Of a stretch of 64,000 nt of DNA, positions 53,512 through 64,000 are shown in pieces. Both the position numbers and the translations under genes were made by a program. The DNA lies in NCBI RefSeq assembly GCF_009914755.1, contig NC_060933.1. One strand, written 5' to 3'. This stretch comes from the human T2T-CHM13v2.0 reference genome, Homo sapiens. The notes beneath the pieces are model-generated. The model saw only the letters and a program-made list of their open reading frames with translations. It was not told where the DNA came from and did not search any database. The stretch's first letter is position 1; each line of letters starts with the position of its first letter.

Positions 53512-54879
53512 TTATATAAAAATTTGTGATGAAGTTGAAACATTAAAGTTTTTAGTTGTGGGGACATCTTTATATATGTGTGTGTAAACAGTGTACCATA
53601 CTAGGTTAGAAATTGTGTATTTTAGCGGAGAGGAGGAAAATAACCACCAAAGCATTATGAAATCTGCTGCTTTACATGTCCTCCCAAGGAAGGTTAGTAA
53701 TTTAGGCATAAGGAATTATTGATAAATTGTATACCTCTATTTCCCATTTTTATAAGGGAACTTCTTAGACCCATCCTATATTTATATAAAAGCTCAAACA
53801 CATCCTACATTTCCCAGGTATATGTTTGCTAATTATCTATTTCATTTTCCATATGGGTGAACTTTGCTTTATATAACAAAATGGATTCCTGAAAAAAATC
53901 TACAATTTTAAAATAATTTCCATGTAGTATTAGAACTTGCTAAAGAAACTGTAATAAGCTATTTTGAAAACGAAGACTGCTTTTGTGAAATGAATAATTT
54001 CTTTGATTTTCAAACAGTTTTATTAAAGCACACATCTAAAATGTATAAGTAGATTAGGATTGCCTAGAACAATAATTGTAGTTAATAAAAAATAGAACAG
54101 ATAAACTCCAATTTACAATAAACAATACAAAACAGGAATGACTCATGGACTGCTTATTGATTGACTATATTCAGAAGCCCTGAATATATGTATTATTGGT
54201 ATTTTATGGCTTTAATTAAGACAGTTGTCTCTTATGAAGTACTATAAAGTGCAATATTAAAAAATTAAAAAACCCAAAAGGCATCCATTGTCCTTCAGTT
54301 TTATTCTGATAAGAATTGGGGATTTGTTTAATTAAATGGCAAGAAGTTATCTACCCTTAATTTATGCATGTAATTTCATCCTTAAAATAATTTTATTCAG
54401 GATTTCAGACTTTTTTTACTTGTCTGTTTTTTATGACATGATTTTAAAAATTAGTATTTTCTTTTGGTTAGCTGAGTATTTTGGAGAACTGTTAGTCTCC
54501 AAGGCCTTAGTTACTTATGGATCCATTATGAAGGAATATGCAACCCAATATGTAAGAATGCAGAAACAAATTCCCATCCTTTTGGTGAACCCTGGCCCAT
54601 GAGATCAATCAGCAGCTTTACAAATCCTATCCAACCTACCACACAAAAGGATATAAACACACTGCAGTACTGGTTAATAAGTGGAGATCCAATCATTTAT
54701 CCCAGTTTCATATTTAAAATAAAAATATTGATTCCTCTTGATAAATTAGTGGGTAAGTACAGGCCCAGAGTTTTGGAGTAATCTAAAGTGGTGTCTCCCC
54801 AATTTTGAGTTCTTTGTGAGTCTGAGATTATGACCTAATGACCTTAAAAGCAGTTTGTGACCTTGACTTCACCAGAGCT

Positions 54880-55340
54880 TCATGGTCATGCTGCACCCAG
54901 TATAGTTCAACACTGTTCAGACAGTGATTATCATTAGTCATAAGGTTCCATCATTTAAGAACAATATAAAGAACTTAAAAAGGCTTAGTAGAGAGGAACT
55001 ATAAAAATTATTAAGAGGGTTAAAGACTCAAATAAAAATCTAAAGATAATTTTAATTGAAAATAGGTAAAGAGTCACATAGCGGTAACTTCCAACTATGG
55101 GGCAAAGAGTGAAGAGTGCCCAGATGCAGTTACTTTTTGCCAAAAAAAAAAAAAAAAAAAAAAAAAAGTTAAGTCATTAAGTGGATGGGTTTGGGTTAAC
55201 TTGGAGGGAGGCTTTTCTTGATGCTGATGGTTGTTAATCATTGAGCTGGGTCACACCAGCATCTATGCTGGGATCTCCCCCGTAAGAGGACTGTCCTTTG
55301 GATTAGCGTGATAGGCTAGACAAACCCTCTTAATGGAATT
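54880..55340 (+). mobile_element. Ancient CR1/L3-like LINE 3' fragment containing an A26 run (55142-55167)
   Basis: Degenerate similarity to the CR1 ORF2 end (catttaagaacaatataaagaact..., gtttgggttaac.tggagggag.ctt.cttga, aggctagacaaaccctct). Confidence 0.45.
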
Positions 55341-57860
55341 AAATCTTTGGTGGAAGCCTAGGCAAACTCCATGGCATTCTTTCAGACTTAGATATTTGTC
55401 TGTTTTTAAAGATTTTATTAGGTTTTCCAGTCTGTCAATGAATGATCTGGTAGAAGTGCTTTGGCTTAGATAATATGGTGCTCTACACAGTCCCTCACTG
55501 TTCGTACGCTAATTTGAAAACAGTTGCCTAGCCTGTCGTAATTGCAGGGTCATTTTTGCCTCTCAAATGCTGCCTGACTTGTGGATTTGCTTGTCCTTTG
55601 TAGCTGCTTCTTACTCTTTCTTAAGAAATCTGTCCCTAGCCATATTAAGGGCCTCTGTGGAGTTTGGGTGGTTCTGAGCAAGGCTGGTGCCCCATGTGTG
55701 AGGAAGGCATGCAAAATGCCAGTGTGTACATTAGCTGGGGGGAGTCATTGTGGAAAACAGATTCCTTCCAGAGCAAACATGAGTGTGCCTGTGATTTCTA
55801 CAGATGACTACATGCTCCGGGTGATTACATGCCACAACCTGCGCAGGTCCAAAGCTCCTGGTGAAAAAGGAATATTGCCATGGTGTAATCATAAGTAATA
55901 GAGTTGAGCTGGCTGTGAGTAGTTCCCTTATTGCTTTTCTTGTTTGCTATATATTTAAAAAATATGAAGCTCTGAGATTAAAAATGAAACGCAAAGACAG
56001 AGGCAGAGGCAGAGTCAGGGAGCTAACAGTAAATAGAAGGTGGAATAGGGCAGGGTTACTTTTCTTACCCAAGGTCTTCCTGAGATTATTTTTTAAAAAA
56101 ATCTAAAACTGTATATGGGCTCTTGTAATTGGCTAAACATAGCCTGATATTTGTTACTGTTTTAAACTACATAGGGATATATTTCCACGTGACACTTGTT
56201 TTCTTGGAATCCTAGGAAATTAATATCTCCTTTCTTCCCTTTCCTTATTATTCTATTTTTTCTCCTACCCCTCTCTTAATGACAAGGCCTTACCTAATAA
56301 TTGAAGACAGTATTGTTGAGACAGGTATAGGGGTTGAAGAGGTATCTTTTAAAAATATTAAGCCGGATCGTTAAGGAATATGTGGCTTAGCAAGAGTGAG
56401 CACTGACTTCTATGCATGCTTTCAGGAGACAGTAGTTTTCTCCAGAAATCACCCTGAGAACAGCTTCACTTTGTTTCTTCTGGAACACAGCTGCCACCTA
56501 TAATAGGGCCACCTACTTACCAGAAAAACAATCTGTCCAGGTGCAAGGAGGCATAGCATCCACATAATCTCGCGTGTGTGTGGGGGTGTGGGTGTGTGTT
56601 TGGTAGATGTGGGGAGGAAAGCACACTGCCATGTTCTGAAATGCCTGCCATCAGACCCATGTTAGATAGTCCAACGCAGTAATTTCTGCAGAGCATTTAA
56701 TGCAACTTCCATCTTCTTCAGCTCTATCTGGCCAGCCACTCTACCAGGTGTCTTTTCTTTGGTCAACTTTTTGTTAAGGTGGTCTGGGGGTGGGCTCCCT
56801 TTGTAGCTCATCTCTTCTCTCACTGTTCCAGAGGCCTTTAAAAGCTATGTGCAGTGGTGGGGAGTTTGCCAACTCTCTCCCTGCCCAGGAATGGATGTAC
56901 ATTAACATTGTCAAATGTCTAATCAGCGAGGCAGCTGCGTTTTGCTGAAAGGGCTCCAAACCACCTGATTCATGTCTTCCCTATAAAATAAATTATGATG
57001 GCCCTTGTCAGGTGACACCTGTTAGAAGCCTTACAAAGCATTTTTCCTGAATATAAAACAGTCTCCGCCTCTTTTTATAATCTTCTGGGCAAGGCTTTAG
57101 GACATTCTGCTGCATCTGCCGAGGGTATAAACAACCCTATCCCTTAGTCCCTGCATATATCATTGCTCTGTCACTGCCTGACTCAGTTTAGGTCCTGGGA
57201 AGCTGCATAAACACCATCTGATCTTCAGCTTCAGTTCATCAGGATCTGGTCAGGTGCAGAGGGCAGCTGGAGTTGGCATGGGCATTCTCAGATGCAATTT
57301 AGGAGTTTCTATTTGGGAATTGTCAGTTTGAGCCAAGCTGCTCTGCTGCCTTGGAAGTATGGGGGAGGGTAGGCGGTGACAGCAAGCAAGACCTGCTCGG
57401 TTTGCTGTGAATAAATGAAATCATTTGCGTGCAACTCATTTATTTTAGATTGATGAGTACAATGTTGGCTCTTGAATTGTTGATATCTTTTATACCCTGC
57501 TCCAGAGAAGCAAAGAGAGTATCTGCAGTCTAAATTTTTGCTTTGTATTTTCTGTTGTGTATTCTTTGCCTCTATATCAGCATTAGGGATATGGCTGACC
57601 GATTTCCTTAAGGCTATAAATTGATATTCTTAGGGTGGGAAAATATGGGTACATATGTGTATATTTGTAAATATATGTGCATGGAACAAACAACCTTATG
57701 AAATCAGGAAGAAATGTTCCCTTTGGTTTGTGTGCATGACTTTCCTTTTCCTTGACTTTGGCAAACTTGATGCTCCCTGCTTTAGAATCCTGAATGTGAT
57801 AGGGTCAGAGGGTGATGATGTAAGTCATATTATATGTGTACATATAGATCTGGTATAAAG

Positions 57861-57901
57861 ATATATATATATATATGTATATATTTATATATGTATATAC
57901 A
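57861..57901. repeat. (TA)n-rich low-complexity tract
   Basis: atatatatatatatatgtatatatttatatatgtatatac. Confidence 0.85.
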
Positions 57902-60837
57902 CAGGCATGCAGGAAACGAGTTAGAGATGACCTGTTTTGGAAACCACGGTGTGGAAAGTTCTTATAATTATGCCAATGATTTGAATGGTTTAAAGACCCA
58001 TTGTTGAACTCTGTACACATCTCTCTGAATTTACCCTGGCTCAACACATAACCACTTACAGACACAGAAATGAAGGGAAAGCAAGGGCAGGCTGTGGAAT
58101 CACTTGTGTCCCATCCAGTGAGGGAGCAGTGCTGTTGTAGGTCAGGCTCAGTGCACATGACTGATGTGGGAACGGGGCTTGGAAATTTTGTCTTCTCAAA
58201 TGCAACTTCACATGAAAGACCACAACACTTCCTGTGAAGTGGAGCTCCGAGACAAGCAAAGGGCACCATAGCTGCTTTGATCAGCCTTCACTGTAAGCTG
58301 GGAATAAATGGGAGGGAGTGAGGAGGCAGAGGGAGGATCAGGAATAAGAAGAGGGCGGCATCAGGTCTCCTTCAACTTCTGTTTTACGTGGTCTGTTTGC
58401 AGTTGAGTCAGTCACCTATTTAAACCTTATTTCAAACAACGCACCAGTCAATAATATAAAATTCACACAATAACCAACTTGGTTGCCCTTCAAGAAATAC
58501 ACAGGGAAAACAACTGGAGTTTTTAAACGTAAAGTTCACTTCCTCATTCTTTCACTCTCTAAGGAAGCAGGACAAATTCTTGCCCCAGTACAAAGTCCTG
58601 ACCTTGATGAATGAGATTCATTCCCATTAGGTGGCAGGTTCCACTCAGCGCCTCTATTGGATGGTGTTTCAATGTCTTGGAAGGCATTGTCCCACATCTG
58701 AAGACCCCAATCTGCCGAGTTGGAGAGACTTGAAAGCCAGCCTCCGACTGGCAGCCATCTTGATTTCTTGTTTTCCCAGGGGGCCTCGGGTTTGAAGTGC
58801 TTTTTACTTCTGGGTGAAGAGGAATGATGGGCATTTCCTGTTATTGCCATGCTCTGTGGGGTGAGCTGAGGTTTTCTGGAAGGAATACTGAGCTTGATCT
58901 GGGGCTGTCAGGTTACCTTTCCTCTTATTCTGCTGTGAGTTCTGCATCCTGTCCTCTTATGTTAAGAGGTATGTGCTCACAACAAAATCATAGTAGGCGT
59001 CAATGACAGAATAGATTGGAGATAGGAACACATATGGTGAAATTTCCCATATGCCATATGTACCAACTTAGACGTAGGATGGGTACAGAATAATGAACCA
59101 TCCTTGATTCAATTTTTCAACTGATTTTAAGGAAAGCATGACTTGGAGAAAAGAAAAGTGCTCTACATAGTTTTCCATTGATTCAGTTTGCCTATTTTTT
59201 CCCCCTTGCTGGCTTTATTTTCGACTGACATAGATCTGAGAAAACACACAAGGTGTCATACAGAACTTGGGGGCGTGGAATATTTTAATTTCATGCATTC
59301 AATGTAATGTTGAGCAAAATCAAGAAATCAAATTGTTGGAGTGAATAGCTTGAAACCAGTATAAGGAAGCTGTCAAATACCGTGTACTCTAAAACTTAGA
59401 CAGAATCCCAGATAAGGTCTTGATGGAAGAAGAGACATAGATGTTACAAGAACTTTAACCAAAGCCTGGTCCTGGTACCACTCGACCTGGCACTCAGAAA
59501 CCTTCCTGGGGTGCACTGAGTGTGCAAATGCCTTTCCAAGCATCGCTAAGTTGCCTCAACCCAAGCAGTGCTGATCAGAGTTAAGTTAGTGCTATTGGGA
59601 ATAATGATTTCTTCAGACACTAAAGCCCTTTATGACTACACTGGAAAACGTTTTAAAGAACTATGCCCTTACATCCCATTAGGTGGCAAGGCCCACTAAG
59701 CACCTTTACTGGATGACTTCTTATTGCACATCTAGGCTCTCTTGGCAGCCCTTAGCATCAAAATATATCTACATGACAATCACAGCTAAACTTACCCCTC
59801 TTCTTTTGATGATAATGGGACATGCGCTGGAAAAATACAGGTTCAGTTTATATAGTCTTGCTGTCCTAGAAAAAGCACTAATTTGGTTTGTAGTCATATT
59901 TTCTACTTGCATGCTGGGACAATATAAGAACAAAACAAAACAACCCAACCCTGGTTACCTCCCCACTTCCCCAAACCAAGCCACCCAGCCTGGGTTTTTA
60001 CCTCTTTCTGTCCTAAGTACCCTGAGTTTCTTGGTCAGGGTACTCTGGTGGAGGTGGGCAGATAGTCTCTCTGTTTGGCTTGTAGGAATGTTTTGGAAGG
60101 CTCAACTCAGGGCCCCTACAGACCTTCTCCACTAAGCCCTCCTCCCTGCAAGCTATTTCCCTAAACCATCTACCTTACTAGGCAGGATCACAGCAAGTCC
60201 AAGGTAGGCTGAAGGTCACAGCAATGCTACCTTTGTCTTGTTGGTTCCATTAGTTCACCTCTTGTACTTAAGAGGTAAAGCCCAGACTGCAAGTTGATGC
60301 CCCTCTTCAAATAAGTACTATAAATATACTAGAGCTATCCCTGAAAAGATGCATTTGTACTTTTATATATATCTGATTTTATATATATATATATAATTTT
60401 TCTTTGTCTTTATTTACAGGTATGTACTAATCTATAGGTATGCAAGGAGAGGTATAGTACAGGAACAGGCAGGATTTGTGTGTTCATGTGCGTATATTTA
60501 TAATATGTGTATTTATAGATATATATAGCCTGTGTCCTTGTTTGCATCGACTGTACCTCCGACCAGCGAGGTGTACTTGTCAGTGGTGAATAGGGAGAAG
60601 CCCTGTATTGACGGTTCTCTTTGTCTTTTACATGAAGTCATTTCAGTAGGCAGGGTGGAAGCAGCCTGTGAAGTGAATGGGCCCAGTGTGAATCCATCTC
60701 TCCTCAAATTCACCAAGGAGGGACACTTGGCACCCAGGGCTGTGTGCCAGCTGCCTCTTCTCAAGAGGTCAAGGAGCCCAGAGCCCAGAGTGTGGAGGGA
60801 CCATTCATGCTGCTGGTGCAAGATATGGCTTTTCCTG

Positions 60838-61087
60838 CTAGATGGAGACGGGGCATGTAAGAATTCTGTCTTCTAGGAGAACGCTCACCACCAGGAACAC
60901 AAAGTAGAGGCCAAACATGATGAAGCCCAGGATTTTGTTCATTCGCCACTTGCAGAGGGCGATAGAGAGGATGACGAAGAGCAGCATGATGAAGAGAAGG
61001 ACGATGGCACAGAAAAGGCCATTGCTGCTGACAGCCACTGGCTGGAATCTGTGAATGACGGTGTACAGGAGCCAGGGCAGTGGGAGC
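60838..61087 (-). CDS. SLC24A2: Last coding exon of the K+-dependent Na+/Ca2+ exchanger NCKX2 (C-terminal transmembrane segments)
   Basis: Polypyrimidine tract plus CAG acceptor at 61090-61088 (phase 2). Translates (G)LPLPWLLYTVIHRFQPVAVSSNGLFCAIVLLFIMLLFVILSIALCKWRMNKILGFIMFGLYFVFLVVSVLLEDRILTCPVSI*, the NCKX2 C-terminus; TAG at 60840-60838. Confidence 0.96.
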
Positions 61088-62592
61088 CTGTGCAGAAGTG
61101 AAGCAGGGCAGAGGGGAGTGGGAAGACAAGGGAGTAGTCAGACACGTTGAAGAAGGCAAATATAACCTATTATTACCTTCTCAGGAACTCTAAACTGAAA
61201 AGGGTGTCTTGTTAGGTTCACTATGACTCGGGCATGGTTGGCCCAGGAAACCACTTTATAAGGAAATAAGACTTTAAAAACCTTTATGTCCTGACTGAAT
61301 TCAGAACAGGGAGAACAGTTAGACAACATCAAAGACATGACTGCTGTGGGTGATTTCTACATTTGCGAATTTGACTGGAAATTATTTTGTTTCCTTCCTA
61401 GTTGAGATTAAAATGTTGCTTTCAGTCCTAAAAAGGTGAATTCCAGGATTTGCACAGGGTGAAGGGAGCAGGCAGGTGCAAAAAAGGCACAGAAATGAGT
61501 GGTGAAAATGAGGAAAAAATTAAAAAATGGAGACAAAGAATAGCAATGACTTAATAGTCTAAAGGCAAGTGAAATTAAATGATGGTGGTTGGGGGCCACG
61601 ATACAATATCACAGGCTGAAGTTTATTCTGGGAAAGATGTTGACAATTGTTTGATGAAAAATTGGTCTTTCTGAAAGATTTAAGGAAGGCAGTATCTTAC
61701 ATTTGTGATGTGTGTGTTTTTCTTAAAAAAAACTTTATTATATATTTTTATACCTGTTTTCTCCCTTTTCATTCACCTTTTAAAATCTGAGGATCTCTTG
61801 TGTTTCCTATCGAGAGTGGTGATCCTGAAAGACCTCAGGAGAGCTAGTTTCCACTACACCACAAGCATTGACTAGAACTCTGGGAAAGGAAGATGGCTGG
61901 AAGTGCAAGGCTCAGGGAACATGGGCATTTCCAAGTGGCTGGTGATAGGCATCTGGCTCTACCCATCAGCCTAATGACAGCATGGTGGCTAAGGAGATAC
62001 CTGCTTGGCTAGCTGAGCTTTCTGAATGACAAAAGCTAAGGGAGGTTCAGTTTTGGCCTAGACTCAGGGTGTGGGAAGAGGAGGTACTCTTTTGAAACAT
62101 TACATTCTTCAAAGGAAGAGAGAAATGATGAGGGTGAAAGGGGCAGTGAGTTTACTCATCTGCCTCCTGTGCTGGAGAGACGGCATTGGAAGGCAGAGCC
62201 CGTGCATTGTGGATCTTTGAAATTCCAGGCCTGGTACATGCAGCCCCTAACTGGGTGCATATGTTAACCTGGGCCAAGCTGAAGTGATTGATGTGACTGC
62301 CTTGTGGGGATCAATACCGGCACTTTGCCCAGTAGAGTCTGGCCAGGAGGTGCTTCTTTCTGTGAACTTGTTGGGGAGGGGTTCCAAGCTTGGGAACAAG
62401 GGGTAATTCCAGTTCTTAGCAGGAGGGGGCAGCCTTGGCATCCTGGGGTCAGCAATGAAAAGTCAGAAAATGGAAGGGGAGTGCCTGAGAGTGGGGGTGA
62501 TGGCAAACTGAGAGCCATTGACAGGGACTTGGCCTGGGAAACTCTTTTCCCATCCCTTGTGAAGAAAGACCAAAACCCATTTTATTCTTATT

Positions 62593-62595
<3 letters not shown>

Positions 62596-62645
<50 letters not shown>
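62596..62645. repeat. (AC)25 microsatellite, (UG)25 in SLC24A2 pre-mRNA
   Basis: Perfect dinucleotide run. Confidence 0.97.
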
Positions 62646-62648
<3 letters not shown>

Positions 62649-63031
62649 CACACTTCTAGTGAAGTTGAGTTTAATCGCACTATAAATGGCTTGCAAAAAC
62701 CTTTCGGGGGAAAATGACACTTTTCATGCCTTTTGGTCTATTAATTCTATCGTCAAGAATTAAGTATAAAAATAACTGAAAATGCAGATTAAACTTTACT
62801 CAGAAAATGATCATTTCAGTGTTATTTTGAATAATAAAAAGCTGAGTATCTCTAATAATCTCTAATAACAGGGAACTAGTTAAATAGTAAATAAGTAAAT
62901 GTAATGTTATATAGCTGTTTAAAAAATCACAAGCTTAGAATGCTACAGGAAAATAGCCATAATATAATTCTAAGCTAAAGATGAAAGATGCATACATACA
63001 CACAAATAGCAATGTAATTTCAATCATGTGA

Positions 63032-63404
<373 letters not shown>

Positions 63405-64000
63405 GAGCCTTATTTTTATTTTCTAAATCTGTGAGTATATGTTAATTTTAGAAGCATAAAGAAAATGCTGGCAAAGCTATGAAGAAAGTTTCACACTTAA
63501 TATATTGCAATGACATCACTCAGTATATTGTCAAAAATGTTGTCAGCTGGTATAAATTCTTGGGAAAGAACTTTTTGGAAAAGAAATGTACAAGACATGT
63601 CAATACCCATTAAGATGTTCAAAATATTTAGTTCATTAATACTGCTTAAAGGAATTTATCCTAACAAATAATTAAAAGAGGAGGTTTTTCTGCATAAAGA
63701 TGTTGATCAAAACTCCCATAGCAGAAAATTTTTAATAATCCTATAAATGATAATGAAAAAGCCACTGAAAAACAAGAGGGAATATTTGAAGCCACAAAAT
63801 GTTATGAGCTATGAGGAGTCTTAGAAAAATGGTTATGATTTACTAATTTATTCATAGATGCCTCTCTATGCCAGGCATAGATTGCTTTAAAATGGAAAAA
63901 TAAAAGCCTTCCAAGTAGATAAAACTGAATATTTTACTAAGAAAACTTTGTGAAATATATGGAAGAGAACATACAACAAAGAAGTGTTGTTTCCGAGTAA

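Noticed and set aside
57805-60135. 150-154 aa ORFs within the SLC24A2 3'UTR
   Set aside because: Partly generated by (TA)n tracts, with no homology; consistent with chance UTR ORFs.

Overview
Primate genomic DNA, almost certainly human; recalled gene content points to 9p22 distal to the 3' end of SLC24A2. The only bona fide coding sequence is the last exon of SLC24A2/NCKX2 (- strand, 61087-60838), followed by a ~8.7 kb 3'UTR that probably ends near 52150. The rest is a repeat-rich interval. It holds a full-length processed MAP1LC3B retrocopy (3967-6112, -) inserted into a MER2, an orphan CpG island with a strong CTCF motif (~9470-9900), a near full-length L1PA element (43857-50221, -), about 25 Alu copies or fragments, MaLR/ERVL LTRs, DNA-transposon relics, and MIR/L2/CR1 fragments. 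The most notable observations are: (1) the LC3B retrocopy lost its ATG but has no stops or frameshifts, and the host MER2 supplies an in-frame ATG and a possible splice acceptor, giving a 157-aa Arg-rich-extended ORF; (2) an open 143-aa ORF0-homologous frame in the L1 antisense promoter faces the SLC24A2 3'UTR; (3) a twice-repeated 42-nt hairpin/CTCF-like element lies in the SLC24A2 3'UTR; (4) a 101-nt fold-back hairpin lies inside an L1PB; (5) a (UG)25 tract sits directly upstream of an intronic AAUAAA in SLC24A2. Repeat subfamily names come from remembered consensus sequences and boundaries are approximate. No expression or conservation data were available.
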